Part shown: piece after piece, positions 1-14,000 of the stretch | Numbering within the stretch: position 1 is the stretch's first letter | Layout of the letters: every line of letters starts with the position of its first letter | Source of the DNA: Octopus bimaculoides | Taxonomy: Eukaryota | Direction of reading: 5' to 3' | DNA: 64,000 bases | Assembly: GCF_001194135.2 (NCBI RefSeq) | Contig: NC_068991.1 | Span: 17,215,397 to 17,279,396 of the forward strand | Position numbers and translations under genes: made by a program | The notes under the pieces: model-generated | Told to the model about the DNA's origin: nothing | Seen by the model: the letters and a program-made list of their open reading frames with translations, nothing else | Database searches by the model: none

Positions 1-46
<46 letters not shown>

Positions 47-209
47 ACAGGCTTCTTTCAGTTTCTTTCTACCAAATCCACAATCCACTTGCAAGCTTTG
101 GTCGGCTTGAGGCTATAATAGAAAGACACTTGCCCAAGGTGCCATGCAATGAGACTGAACCTGAACCCATGTGGTTGAGAAGCAAGCTTCCCACCACACA
201 GTCACACCT
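47..209 (-). mobile_element. SINE family A, 5' half
   Basis: Matches the reverse complement of 9224-9385 and abuts the (TA)n at 1-43. Confidence 0.8.
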
Positions 210-666
210 ACATATGTTCATGATATTTACATGATACATATCAATGTATATTCACAAACTAAATGTCATACCTAAATGCCCAGAGATGCACTTCCCCACC
301 CAGTAAATTTGCTAATGTTGTTCTGTTTGACATAGAATGCTTTTGGTCATGGTCTGCTCAATGAGTATTGACCTAATGTCAACCAATGACAAGCACATTC
401 ACCATGGTCATGCATTATGCATCCACACACACATTTAATCCACATTTACATACTAACACTTGCGATGTTACACAAAAATCTCCCACTCCCAGCATATTAA
501 CATGTAACCTGTTACTTACATTACATACTAGGCAGGCAAAACATAGGAAACGGATCACTCTCTTCCCTGCCTTTCAGCTGCAAGCACTCACTCACTCACT
601 CAAGTGGTAAGTTACACTCACACATGCAATATGTGATACCTATCTGCATATGATGGCTATCCTCTC

Positions 667-700
<34 letters not shown>

Positions 701-1888
701 AATGAAACTCTGTCTTAGATTACATTCAGTCACATTTTACTGTTGAGTTTTGAAGCTGGGGTCAGAAGTAGTTCAAATTTGGAACATTTCAACATGACCT
801 ACTTTTCTTTTGCCCTTGGGGGTGAACAGTAGACAGAAAGAGGGTCTGTTACTTGTGTCCTCAGTCTTTCCTACCTAGCCCCCTTCTCTCATCCTATGAT
901 TGACTTCAAGCAATGAGTCTATGATGACTGCTTGTTTTTGTGTATGCATGTCTCCACTCCTTTTTTTTTTTTTTTTTTTTTCCCCCCCCCCCTTCTCTTT
1001 CAATTTTGTGAGGGTTTTTTTTTTTTACAGGGTGGGATGTGGGTACTCTTCTACCACCCAGGATTCTGTGGAAGGGTTATCTTTGGAATAATAAGATTAC
1101 TGCTTATTAATTTTGTATTCCCCCCCTCCCCCACTGAATTATTGATTTTGGCAGTTGGTAGTTTTAACTTTTGTGAAGTTTTGATAACTTCTGGTTTTTG
1201 TTTTTCTAGTGTTGAATATGGGGAGGAGCAAGGAAGAAGTTAACCATAAAATACAAAATTTGTTGGCATTCCATGGGATATGTAAAGGTAACAAGTGCCA
1301 GTTGTTGTTTTGTGTTATTTTTCCATGCTAGCATAGGTTAGCCAATCAGTCAAATACATTATTGAGGCACCTTTTTACAGCCAGATGCCCTTTCTATCGC
1401 TAACTCTTACCTCTTTCAAGAAGGGGCTCTCTTATTCCATATGTCTTCAAAAGTGCAGATCTAGCATATGATTAACAGAAAAGTGACAATGCATTACTAC
1501 TTGTAGCTCTGCAATTGTTAAAACACCAATGTAAACAATCATACATGCGTGCACACGCACACACGTACATGCATATGTATACATACAATGTTTTATTTTT
1601 CAGTTACTGTCTGCTAAATTTCAATCACAGGGTTAGTCAGTCTGGTCATATAAGACAAGACACTTATTTACCCAAGTTGCCAAGCACTGGTTCAATCGCA
1701 CAACCAAGCCTTTACCCTTATTTTGTTATAAGTATGCAATGGAATTTGTGATGCTTATACCTTCTCCAAACACTTGTAAATGAACAAATCAACTTCTCCT
1801 GCGTAGTCTTCTGCCTGTCTGGCTTCTGTCAAACTGTCCAACCCATGCCATGGAAGGCAGACATTAAACGATGATGATGTGTGTGTAT

Positions 1889-1930
<42 letters not shown>

Positions 1931-2327
1931 CCCCTTTGCACAGTTTCCATCACAAGACAGTTGGTGAAATGAACAGGTTATAGCAGAAAGTGCTATACAG
2001 TATGATGGAACCCACATGCTTGTGGTAATGAGTGAATTTCTTACTAAACGACCATGCTTGCCAAGCGCTTACCTCTTGCTCTTCAGTGATTCTGCTGTTT
2101 ACAGCTGTAAAATTATCTCTGCTTGATACATGTTTACAACTAAATAGACTGGTTCTATAAGGATTACATTACCTTGAACACATGTAGATACACACCATTA
2201 ATTTTCGCATTCCACCTTACCCTTTTTTTTAAAAATGCAAGGAGACACACATTGGGCAAAAATGTTTGGCAAACAAAAAAAAGACAGCGGTCTCAGCTGG
2301 AGTGCTTTTGATTGCAGGACTGCTTGA

Positions 2328-2707
2328 TTTGTTGTTAGCATTCCGTCGCTTACAACGTCGAGGGTTCCAGTTGATCCGATCAACGGAACAGCCTGCTCGT
2401 GAAATTAACATGCAAGTGGCTGAGCACTCCACAGACACGTGTACCCTTAACGTAGTTCTCGGAGATATTCAGCATGACACAGTGTGACATGGTTGACCTT
2501 TTTTGAATTACAGGCACAACAGAAACAGGAAGTAAGAGTGAGAGAAAGTTGTGGTGAAAGGGTACACCCACCATCCCCTGCTGGAGCCTCGTGGAGCTTT
2601 AGGTGTTTTCGCTCAATAAACACTCACAACGCCCGGTCTGGGAATTGAAACCGCAATCCTCTGACCGCGAGTCCGCTGCCCTAACCACTGGGCCATTGTG
2701 CCTCCAC
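2328..2707 (-). mobile_element. Full-length tRNA-derived SINE (family D, tRNA-Arg-like head, (CAA)n-type tail)
   Basis: The minus strand reads GGAGGCACAATGGCCCAGTGGTTAGGGCAGCGGACTCGCGGTCAGAGGATTGCGGTTTCAATTCCC (A-box and B-box like), then a ~300-bp body ending GGAATGCTAACAACAAA. Confidence 0.85.
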
Positions 2708-3119
2708 ACTACTTGATTGACCAAGGTTAATTGACAACAAAGACAAAATTTCAATAGAACATCAAGTGGCCTACCTGTATATTGCCTCTGAGCAACATAT
2801 AGTCAGGCCACATTTAAGGAGAGACTAACTAATCTCATGATTAGCATTCTTACCATTGTGTACTTGTTTGCTTTTACTTAGGTGGTTTTTAACCTATGTA
2901 ATTTGGTCATTGAACTTATTAATAATAGAGTATTTAAATCTACTGGAATCTTTAATTAAGGTTTCTTCTTACTTTAGTAGTGGAATATTTCAGTATAAAG
3001 TAGTGCTTGAGTTTTATCTATTGAACTTGCCATTGACCACAGACTTATGAATTAAAGGCATTGCATCCATGACTGTTCTGTCCCCCCCCCCATTCTAACA
3101 GTAAGTGTGTGTGTGTGTG

Positions 3120-3711
3120 TGTGTGGCTGTCTAAGTTTACTTCTCAACCATGTGGTTTTGGGTTCAATTCCACTGACATTTTCTGCTTTAGCTCTGGACC
3201 AACCAAAGTCTTGTGAGTGGATTTGTTAGATGGAAACCGAAAGAAGCCCATTGTGTTTGTGTTTGCATCTGTGCTTCTTGGAAAAAATTTGTTCAATTAC
3301 AAGCAGACATTGCTATCCTTTCCCCTGTGAGTAGATTATCTGCTGGCTTTGTGACTTTGTGTGAAATAAACCCAATCTTTACTTGAAAAACAGGTGAGAG
3401 TTTGTGATAAAGAAGGGTGTCTTTATGTAATACAATACCTTAATGATATGTTTGTCTAGTCTATGCTAGCATGGAATAATAGACATAAAAATGAAAGAAA
3501 AAAAAGGACTATATCTAGCATTACATCATTGTGTTTGTTTTCTTCCCCACTGGTCGACAACAGGTGTATGTTTTATGCTAGGCAAAAGAGACTGATCAAA
3601 TATGTACCAGACTTAAAAAAGAGAATAAGTACTGGAATTGAGTGATTGGACACTTCAAGGTGGTGCCTGAGCATGGCTGCAACCTACTGCTTGAAACAAA
3701 AGATAAAAGAA
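3120..3711 (+). mobile_element. Old SINE family A copy, interrupted in the middle
   Basis: Head and body at 3120-3260 and diverged tail at 3540-3711 (GGTGGTGCCTGAGCATGGCTGCA...GAAACAAAAGATAAAAGA). Confidence 0.6.
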
Positions 3712-3799
3712 CCAAGTAGTGGCTTCTGTTTGACACCTCTCATTCATTCTCCCCAAAACTTTTTTGTTTTTGTACCTTATAAAATTCAGTTATAATTGA

Positions 3800-4392
3800 C
3801 CCTTTATGGGCTGGCAAGGTTGGAATTACACAAAAAGGCCATTGGAGTCCTGAGGGGCCCCCTTTTATTTTTGCGCATTTCTGAACTATCCATAAAGTAT
3901 ATGTGTGTGATTGCATGATACAGAACAAGAAATTTTGCATTTTATAGGTATATATTTGTAATTATTAGCGTTTAATGGGGAGGGGGGAATTAAAATATAA
4001 TTTATTGACTGAAAAAAAAAACCTTTACTGAAAGAAATCAACATTTTTTTATAGTTTTATAAACTATACATATAGCACTAAATATAAAATAAAGAAAAAT
4101 TATTTATTATATTGATTCATACTAGTACAAATGCAATAAAAATTGACTTGCAAAAAGAACAAAAAGTAATTTCACAGAAGGCCAATGGAGTCCAGTTGGA
4201 CCCCAATGACCATATTTTATACTCTAACATCCATATGACTGGAAAATTTTAACTCAGAATTTTTATGTGCATATATAAACTATTGACAATAAAAGTCACA
4301 AGATATAAAATCATTTAAATAAAAAATGTAAAAGTTGCTTAACTTTCAAAATTTGCTGGGGTCCTAAGGGACCCCCACCGGCCTACGAAAGG
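3800..4392. mobile_element. piggyBac-type MITE (family 3)
   Basis: TTGA|CCCTTTATGGGCTGG ... CCGGCCTACGAAAGG|TTAA, with GG(A/G)GTCC...GG(A/G)CCCC palindromic motifs near 3846, 4188 and 4357. Confidence 0.65.
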
Positions 4393-4769
4393 TTAAGGAA
4401 GGCTTGATGACCCAGTTTTCAGTGATACAACTCTACCAATAATGGAGGAATAAGTAAATGAATACTTAATCTCCATGTTAACAAATTTTAGAGTTTATAG
4501 ATTAATAATTTCCCTTTTAATTACACAATTTTGATTTCTTCATTTTCTACCAAGTTTACTTAGCTTAACCATAACTTCCTTTCAATCCCTACTGGAAAAT
4601 ATCCAAGTTGTAAAGAGAGAGAGAGAGAGAAAGAAAAATCAATGCAATAATTTAAAATTTCGTTATGTATTTTGGCTTATGTGTCTGGTTACACTTAATG
4701 CTACTAGTAGCATGTAACCCAATGCAACCTAACTCGTGTTTGAGCCTAAACTGGCAACCCTACCAAGCC

Positions 4770-5330
4770 TGCTTGGTAAGGAGAGTGGTTTTTGTTGGAC
4801 ATCCTGCTGGATGAAAAACAAAGCCTCCCTAAAGGGCAGATGAACTTGTCAATGGCCACCCAGCAGCTAGAAGTGACAGATCCCTGGTCTTTTAGACATC
4901 GCTCTAAATGGAAAACTAGTGTAACACCTGTGATTTTGTTTACACCTAATGATGTAGACTATTTCTTTTTTGACTAAAATAATTGTTCAGAGACTGGGAT
5001 CAGTGCTGCACAGTGCAAAGCCATTCCTCACTTTAAAAAGCTCCATGCACAGGCATCAGTTGATTTTTAACTGCTATTAATGTCTCCATTATATGTTGTA
5101 TGCTATGGCTGGCTGTAGTCAAAAAAGGCAAAACATTAAAACACTCAATGAAAAATTCCCTGATGGAATGAAGGCATGTGTCAAGCTTTCAAAACACCTG
5201 CTGCAAGATGTACCTATCATGTGCAAAAGAGTATGGGTCCCAAGCAGGACTAAAAAGTCATGTCTCGATGCCATTTCTCAAAACGAAGTTGCAGCCATCA
5301 TCATCAACATATTCAACACTGATAGCACAT
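4770..5330 (+). mobile_element. Probable heavily degraded RTE-like LINE 3' remnant
   Basis: RSKWKTSV and a decayed zinc-finger-like stretch, CAKEYGSQAGLKSH, followed by GCAGCCATCATCATC. No intact frame. Confidence 0.35.
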
Positions 5331-8300
5331 GGTACAAAAGGCTGTGCAGTGTTCAGTTACATTGCATTTATTTTTTACATTATGAATTCAAATCTTGTCC
5401 AATTCCATTTGTCTTTCATCCTTCTGAGCTCAATGTGAAATATGCAGTGAGGGTTGCTTTTACTGTGGCTTGTACCTACAAAGAAAGCAATTGTATTATA
5501 TGAGAATATATAGTTCAGTGTATTGACCCTTTTGACTGGTTTTATGATACAAACTTTGTTTTAAAGTGATCTAAATAAAAACCTATCAAAATTTCATGTT
5601 TCTCTTCCAAAACCAGCTTAACGACAAGGCTATTTTATTAAATTCTTTATCTTCAAAATTTAGTGAAATAAAGGCATTTGTAGTTCAAAAGAAATATAGT
5701 AACAAAAGGGTTAATAACTTGTAAGAATTATTCCCCTTAAACAAAGGAGCTAGTTGATGTCTGTTTACCATAAGGGGTTTCTCTCTTCTGTTCATGTAAA
5801 ATGCTTATTAGAAAGCTTGTTAGAAATTTGAGATCAATTGTTAATGAGACATAATATTGAATGTAGAAGATCTAGTGAAGCTGGAGTTGAGTATTTTGTT
5901 GGATGTGTATTGTTAGCTTGTATGAAAGACAGGACACGAGTAAATAAGGAGTGTCTGGGTATTAACGACATTAGTTTGAAGTATCCAAGTGAGTTAATTG
6001 TGATTTGAGTAGTTTGTTTGAACAAGAGGTAGGCAGTGTTCATTACCCCTTGACAGTGTCTCTGATACTAGTAGGAAGAAGGGTAGAATGTACCCTTAAA
6101 CAAGCACGAGAAAAAGAATATATATTAGTACATAATATGTATATTAGTGCATACGTAATGCATTAGCAGGTGTAATTATTAATGTAATATCTTGATATGC
6201 ACAAATTCCTTTTTAACCCTTTAGCATTCACATTACTCTGTCAGAAATAATGTTTATTTATTTGCAGTCTTTTAAATTAACCTGGCTTTGAGATTTCGAT
6301 GATGTGATTGTATATTTTTAGTGACATTGACAGATCTGGCTCATTTGAGCATAAAACAAGAATATTTGGGCCAGATAGGGTTGGTTTAAATGTTAAAGGA
6401 TTAAACATCACAAAGATTTCCTAGACATCATGAGAATGAGTACATTGGACAAATTTTAATTTCATTTCTATTCCCTTTATGTTCTAAGTTAAAATTCCGT
6501 TGTGGTGTGGGTAGGTGATAAAATAAGTACCCTCTCAAATACTAAAGTAGACTAACTCAATTTTTTTCACACACTCCAAAGTCCCAAAATTAGTTTCTGC
6601 ATTATGTGGTAAATCTATATTATTTCATACAAGTTCTTTGTATAGTCACTCATGATACTGTTGAGTCACTGGCTAAATCAAGATACTGATCATTGGAGTT
6701 GATGTGTTGTCAAAGCAACGTTGCAGTTTGATATGCTGTCACATTTGCTAACTAGGACGACAAGCTAAAATTAGGTGTTTGTAAATGTATCCTATTCAGG
6801 ATTCAAAATTTAGATTCTTTAAAAAAAAAAAAAAAAAAAAAAACTTTAATGCCATTCAACTAATATTTATCTTCATTAACATTGTTTTTTTGCTTTTTCC
6901 ATGCTGGCATGTGTTGGGTAAAATTTATTGGGGCAGTATCCTACATATGGATGCAATGCTTGATGCCAGGTCTTATTTTTCAAGTGAGGTACTTGAGTCT
7001 GTATCTTTGCAACATCAAAATGTTGCTAGATATTTTGTTTATTGGACATATAAACATTATTGCCACAGTAATGTAAAATATATGCATGCACGTGCACACA
7101 TGCATGCACAACATGCTTCCATATGCTTTTGATCTATCAATTTCACATTGTTGGCCTATCTAAGGTTATATCATAGATACTTGCCTAAAATGTCATGCAG
7201 TAGGATTGAACCTAAAGCTATGTGGTTATGAAGTGGACTGCTTAATGATGTAGCCATACCTGCCGTAACTCAGAAGTATAATCCCCTAAATCACCAGCCA
7301 GCTCGATGTAGAATACTTCTATTTTGTTAAGTTCAGTGAGCCTCCTTAAAAGCTCCATTGAGGTAGTGTAGAGTGAGTACTCTTACAAATTAGATTTTTT
7401 TTTTTTTTTCTGTGGTTTGATTTCTTCGGTTGTTTCTGCAGAACATCTTTTACATCTTTTCATGATCTACTGGTGGTGGTGAGTCAAGCAAACTTATTTT
7501 CAGCCATGACCATCCGATCTATTTTTTGCTCTCAGACTGTGCATCTAACACTATATCATTCTCCAAGATATTATTTATTTCAAAATTGCAAGGAATTGAA
7601 GAATTGGCTACTGCTTTAAAAAAAATTGTTTTGTAGCAGGTTGAGTGACTGCAAAAATGTTTAGTGATGTTTGGTTATTGTTGTTGTTTCACCTCAGGAT
7701 AGCTCTGACTGAACATATCCATAACCAAAGGTGTCTCAGTTATGATTTTCCCATCATTCTCTTGGGCTTTATCCAGTTCATGTCTCTTTTCAAGGCAGTT
7801 GGCTGTAGTTTGAGAAAAATTTAGCTGTTATTTCAACATGTCAAATGATTACAAACAAGGTTCTTTGTCTTGTTATGACTTGGTTAAACCTAAAACTGGC
7901 AATGTTACTCAGAAAGTAGTCTGATGTGTCTCATTTCAAATTTGGTTGTTGTAGCATCCAGAGTAGGTGAGCATGGTGAAGTACCATACTACAGATTTGA
8001 ATTTAGTACTGCAAGATGAAACTTTGATCAATAATACAGAACTCCATGGCAGCTAGTTTAGAGAAATGGTGGAATACTGGATTTAAGCAGCCTTATTATG
8101 TTTTTTTTGTCTTGATTCTTCACTCACACTCTTACCATAGCAGCAGACATAGCTGCCACTTACCTAGCCTTGGCTTAGCTAGGAATCAAACTATCTTCCC
8201 ATCATACTTTTGTCATGTCCTTTCTTCTCCACCATCCAATGAAACTACTCGCCATGGTTTATAATTTATCTCTACTTTCTTCATATTAGTTCTTCAAGAA

Positions 8301-9223
8301 AAGAAAGAATTTGAATTTAGCATTTCAGGTTAATGTAAGTAACTCGCTTTCATCAATGATGTAGTACTTCAAGGTCTGCAGTTTAACAGAAACCGTATTC
8401 TGTGAGATAGAATACTTGATGGAATTTAGTCCTGGTGCCTCTTAGCTTTTATCATATGAAGCAATGTATTGGGGACATAAGTTTTCCCTCTGTAGTTCCT
8501 TCACTCACAGTTAGCTAGAAATTTGTATAAAATACCAACAAACCTATTTTAATATTTTTCTTGAGTAAAGCACTATTTTCAGTCTAATTGTTATTTCCTT
8601 CTTGTTCCCATTTTTTTTCTCTTCTTTTTACTCAAATTACTTCCCTTAGCTTCCCCTAATCTGATTTCTCTCTCAAGGTCAGACCTCATGTCTGCAGTTC
8701 ACAAAATGGTGCATTGCAATACCCTGGTGTTCAATGAAATGATGGAGAAAAGCCATGATAATATAAAAATTTTTTTTTTTTCTTTCAAAAAAAGAGCAAA
8801 ATATAAACTGAAATTCTAAATATAAACTCTTGATAGTTGGTTAATTTATTGAAATAATAAAATAGCATTTAATAATTGTTTACGTATTTATAGACTAAAA
8901 TATATAAATGCTCGTTATTTTGGTATAATTTTCACTTTATGCATTTAGAACATCAAAATATTGTGCTGTGAGTAAAAAGTGTTTGGGAACTGTTTCTCTG
9001 CATGGATCAATATGGTAATGACATTTCAGCTGTGGGTTTAATGTATGAGAGCTCTTGGAACGAGTTATAACTGAAGAGACAATGTATGCAGGCTGACCAG
9101 CTCATGGATATGTCTTGCCATACAATAGTCCAACAACTAACTGCAAGTGAGTAATGCTCTCAATGCATCACCAGCAGCGGGTGGTAGCTACTGTGGAGAC
9201 AGTTGATTTTATATATATATAAA

Positions 9224-9613
9224 AGGCGCAGGAGTGGCTGTGTGGTAAGTAGCTTGCTTACCAACCACATGGTTCCAGGTTCAGTCCCACTGCGTGGCAC
9301 CTTGGGCAAGTGTCTTCTGCTATAGCCTCGGGCCGACCAAAGCCTTGTGAGTGGATTTGGTAGACAGAAACTGAAAGAAGCCCGTCGTATATATGTATAT
9401 ATGTATGTATGTTGTGTATCTGTGTTTGTCCCCCCACCATTGCTTGACAACCGATGCTGGTGTGTTTAGGTCCCCGTAACTTAGCGGTTCGGCAAAAAGA
9501 GACTGATAGAATAAGTACTAGGCTTACAAAGAATAAGTCCTGGGGGTCGATTTGATTCGACTAAAGGCGGTGCTCCAGCATGGCCGCAGTCAAATGACTG
9601 AAACAAGTAAAGA
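9224..9613 (+). mobile_element. Full-length SINE family A (tRNA-like head, CCTTGGGCAAG core, internal (TA)n/(TG)n, tail GACTGAAACAAGTAAA)
   Basis: Head AGGCGCAGGAGTGGCTGTGTGGTAAG...GGTTCAGTCCC. Near-identical to the antisense copies at 34256, 36515, 39722 and 44041. Confidence 0.9.
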
Positions 9614-9931
9614 AATATATATAATCATCATTGTTTTAACATCTACTTTTCTATGCTTGCATGGATCAGACAGAATTTGTTGATGCAGATTTTCTATGGT
9701 CAGATCCCCTTTACTGTTGCAAATCTTCACCTGTTTCAAAGCAAAGTAATATTTCTCCATGACCAGGCATATTTTTCATGGGAGACTAGAAATGAACATT
9801 TGCTTGCATCACAGTGATATTTTCTTATTCTCACTGACAAACAAAATCGATATTGTTTAGTCCCAGTTCGGCTTTAATTGAACAAACCTTGTGAGCAAAG
9901 ACTTTCCAGCTGTGGAAAAAGTTTTTTTCTT

Positions 9932-10185
9932 CTTTTTCCATATAAAACTATTCACTCCCTCTCTCAGCTGAGAGGTCCTGGTCTTGCAAGTTCACGGGGG
10001 CTGGTACCACATAAAAGGCACCGGTGCAGATGCTACGTAAAGGAGCACCCAGTACATTCTGTAAAGTGGTTGGCATTAAGAAGGGCATCCAATCATAGAA
10101 ACCATGTCAAATCAGACAATTACAAACTCCTGCCAAACAATCCAACCCATGCCAGCATGGAAAACAGATGTTAAATGATGATGAT
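9932..10185 (+). mobile_element. SINE family B-related, older copy, with RTE-type (GAT)n tail
   Basis: AAGTGGTTGGCATTAAGAAGGGCATCC...CCAACCCATGCCAGCATGGAAAACAGATGTTAAATGATGATGAT. Confidence 0.75.
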
Positions 10186-10321
10186 ATATTACTTAGTGAC
10201 GTTCCTTTTCCAAGACAGTGATGTGGGAAGTTTGGCTGCTTTTCCCAGCAGGTTGAGCAGTCACTTACAAAGATTCTATCTACTGGAATGTTTTATTTTC
10301 AGGTACTGTCAGCTTCATAGT

Positions 10322-10617
10322 TCATCATCATCGTTTAACGCCCGCTTTCCATGCTAGCATGGGTTGGACGATTTGACTGAGGACTGGTAACCAGATGGCT
10401 ACACCAGGCTCCAATCTTATTTGGCAGAGTTTCTACAGCTGGATGCCCTTCTAACACCAACCACTCAGAGAGTGTAGTGGGTGCTTTTACGTACCACCGG
10501 CACGAGGGCCAGTCAGGCGGTACTGGCGACGGCCACGCTCGAAATGGTGTATTTTACATGCCACCTGCACAGGAGCCAGTCCATCGGTACTGGCAACGAT
10601 CTAGCTCGAATGTCTTT
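10322..10617 (-). mobile_element. Young SINE family B, running into a gap
   Basis: CATCATCATCGTTTAACGCCCGCTTTCCATGCTAGCATGGGTTGGACG...GGATGCCCTT, the reverse complement of the family B tail. Confidence 0.9.
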
Positions 10618-11449
10618 NNNNNNNNNNNNNNNNNNNNNNNNNNNNNNNNNNNNNNNNNNNNNNNNNNNNNNNNNNNNNNNNNNNNNNNNNNNNNNNNNNN
10701 NNNNNNNNNNNNNNNNNNNNNNNNNNNNNNNNNNNNNNNNNNNNNNNNNNNNNNNNNNNNNNNNNNNNNNNNNNNNNNNNNNNNNNNNNNNNNNNNNNNN
10801 NNNNNNNNNNNNNNNNNNNNNNNNNNNNNNNNNNNNNNNNNNNNNNNNNNNNNNNNNNNNNNNNNNNNNNNNNNNNNNNNNNNNNNNNNNNNNNNNNNNN
10901 NNNNNNNNNNNNNNNNNNNNNNNNNNNNNNNNNNNNNNNNNNNNNNNNNNNNNNNNNNNNNNNNNNNNNNNNNNNNNNNNNNNNNNNNNNNNNNNNNNNN
11001 NNNNNNNNNNNNNNNNNNNNNNNNNNNNNNNNNNNNNNNNNNNNNNNNNNNNNNNNNNNNNNNNNNNNNNNNNNNNNNNNNNNNNNNNNNNNNNNNNNNN
11101 NNNNNNNNNNNNNNNNNNNNNNNNNNNNNNNNNNNNNNNNNNNNNNNNNNNNNNNNNNNNNNNNNNNNNNNNNNNNNNNNNNNNNNNNNNNNNNNNNNNN
11201 NNNNNNNNNNNNNNNNNNNNNNNNNNNNNNNNNNNNNNNNNNNNNNNNNNNNNNNNNNNNNNNNNNNNNNNNNNNNNNNNNNNNNNNNNNNNNNNNNNNN
11301 NNNNNNNNNNNNNNNNNNNNNNNNNNNNNNNNNNNNNNNNNNNNNNNNNNNNNNNNNNNNNNNNNNNNNNNNNNNNNNNNNNNNNNNNNNNNNNNNNNNN
11401 NNNNNNNNNNNNNNNNNNNNNNNNNNNNNNNNNNNNNNNNNNNNNNNNN
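10618..11449. other. Assembly gap; others at 36734-36932, 47786-48456, 53407-53416, 56780-56805 and 61242-61538
   Basis: N runs, mostly flanked by microsatellites, homopolymers or young SINEs. Confidence 1.
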
Positions 11450-11596
11450 TTAATAAATAAAAAGATTTTTTTATCATTCATAATTCTATGTAATCAAGAT
11501 AGGATTTTGACTGCTCTTTCACTTTGATTTGTGTGTGTGTGTGTGTGTGTGTGTATGACATACTCACACACATGAACATATGACATACACGTACAC

Positions 11597-11946
11597 CTTT
11601 TTTTCTTTCAGTCATTAGACTGTGGCCATGCTGGGGCAATGCCTTAAGGAATTTTTGTTGAATGAATCAACCCCAGGGTTTATTTTTTTGTTGTTTTGTA
11701 AACCCTGGTGCTTATTCTATCGGTTTCTTTTCCTGAACTGCTAAGTTACAGGGACGTAAACACCAACATCAATTATCAACCAGTGGTGGAGGATAAACAC
11801 ATTCTCAAAGACATATATGATGGGCTTCTTTAAGCTTCCATCTACCAAATCTACTCACAAGGCTTTGGTAGGCCTGAGGCTATAGTAGACACTTGCCTAA
11901 GGTACCACAGTGCGACTGAACCCAGAGCAAACTTCTCACCACACAA
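11597..11946 (-). mobile_element. Diverged SINE family A copy
   Basis: TTTCAGTCATTAGACTGTGGCCATGCTGG through CTCACAAGGCTTTGG and GACTGAACCCAGA. Confidence 0.8.
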
Positions 11947-14000
11947 CAACGTTCAGAAAAAAAAAAAAGCCAAAAAAAAATAATAAATAAATAAACCTGT
12001 CCTCCAGCTTGAGGGTTTGTTTTTAAGGTGTTGGTGCTAGTATACCGAGGTGGCATGAAGTATTTGTCATTTGACTCTCAGTTCACCTTACCTTGTAAAT
12101 CTAGTTATGGCAATAAAGAAAAGTAAAATAATGATAAAATGAAGATCCTTTGGGGGAGAGGGTGGTGGATAAAGCACAACAATAGCACTCCATCCCGTTG
12201 GCGTGATAGTAGAAAACTAGTCGTTAGGTTGGTGGAAGTGAATCCACGTGTACTGCTTACATTGTACAAATACTATCATCCTGCAGAGAAAGAAAAAAAA
12301 AAATATTGCCCCTCCTTTCACCTTCATCACAAGGCCATACTTCTATTTTAGGTAGAAGGAACAAACGGTCGAGATCAAAACTGAAGCCAGTACTTAGTTG
12401 TTTGTTACTTTTTGTTTAATTATGGTCCCTGAATGGTGAACAGCAGTGTTGACTTTGATGGGAGTTAAAACTCAGAACTTAAATGAATGTGATGCAAAAA
12501 TAGTTGAGGGATTTTGTCCAGGATGAGTATGTTGGTAGGGTCCTTTTTGACTTTTGGGTAGCAGAGGAGCATATATTATAGGTTTATTAGCATCCAAAGA
12601 AAAAAAAAAAAAAATCTTTTTACTTGTTTCATTCATTGGACTGTAGCCATGCAGTGAGTGGCACCACTTTCAAGGGTTTAGTCAAACAAATTGACCCCTA
12701 GTACTTGCTTTTTAAGTATAAAGTGGTTGGCATTTAGAAGGACATCTAACTGTAAAATACCATGCCAAAACTGACCTCACCTGCACAGGTGCCATGTAAA
12801 AAACACTCAATCCACTCTATGAAGTAGTTGGTGTTAGGAATTGCATCCAGCCATGAAAACTATGCCAAAACATACAGCGAAGCAAGGTGCAGTCTTCTGC
12901 CTAGCCAGCTCCTCACAATTGTCCAGCCCATACCAGCATGGAAAGCGGACATTAAATGATGATGATGTTTGGGGTCTAAATGTTAATTTAGAACATTTAG
13001 ATGCCCTTGAGACATGGGCAGTTTGGAAAGAAAAAAAAAATTCTTTTAGTTTCTCTGGAGAAAAAATATCTGCAAAGGGAAAAGTAGTTTTATACCTTTG
13101 CATGTCATATTCATTAATGGCTTAGTGATTGCCTGATTTGGTAATATCACCAGATTAGGAGCACAAATCTCTTGAGAAAGATGTTTAGATCTTGGAGCAG
13201 TCCTGAACCAGCAACAGGTCTATGACGAAAAGCATTCCAGATATAGTGTGTGTTGGATTACACGATCCAGTGTATCCTTTTTTTAAAGTTGGTAACGTCT
13301 AATTTAAGGGTGATTTGGGTTGTTTTTAGAAAGTCGAAATGCTGATTTGAGGCAGTGAGGGAGCCTCAGTATAGTAACATGAAGTATTAGAAAAAGAAGC
13401 CCAAACTCCATTGCACCCTACTATCTTATAAAAGGAATGTACATTGGATGGATTGTGTAATCCTAAATACACTGTCTTAAGGCAGAATAGTCATACTGGA
13501 ATGCTTTTGATCTTTGGTTTGTTCAATCAGGACTGGCTTGGGTTAAACAACTGTTCATTCAGGCTCACTCATTGTTCGGCATTGTTGTCCCCAACCTGTA
13601 GGACATCTTATGTTCCTATTTATAAGCCAACACTAGTGACACTAGTTATGTGCTTAACTGGGTCACCCAGTCCTTGGTTTTCACAGTGAAGATTTGCCTT
13701 TCTCTCTAAGCAACAACCAACCAGTTTTGCATTGCTTCCCTCCCCCATCTCCGTGGTACCATAAAGGTACAAATGAACAATAAGCTAGTAAGACCAATTA
13801 GTAAAGGTATGTGTGTGTTTGCTATTTTGTTTTTTTGCAACTTGCTCTCTGACTGGACTTTAACCTATATCCAAGCAGTTTCTTGTTTACCCCTGAACAC
13901 TGGTTAGGTCTTCTACATCTCTCATCTGTACATTAACAACCCACTTCTGTTACTTCTAATAATGCACCATGGCATTGTCATTGCCTTCATTCTTTTTTAA

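Noticed and set aside
2266-2487. 73-aa ORF MANKKKTAVSAG... resembling a signal-anchored protein
   Set aside because: Most of it is the antisense strand of the family D SINE.
2630-2707. tRNA-like sequences here and at 9224, 53026 and 62400-62469
   Set aside because: These are SINE heads continuing into repeat bodies, without a proper acceptor stem or Pol III terminator, so they are not tRNA genes.
5880-6050. Possible CR1-type LINE 3' remnants here and near 7950-8250 and 15030-15530
   Set aside because: The similarity is too faint to call without a profile search.
10477-11527. Long ORFs of 300+ aa, and similar ones at 36649-37181, 47676-48513 and 60950-61612
   Set aside because: Artifacts of N runs translated as X.
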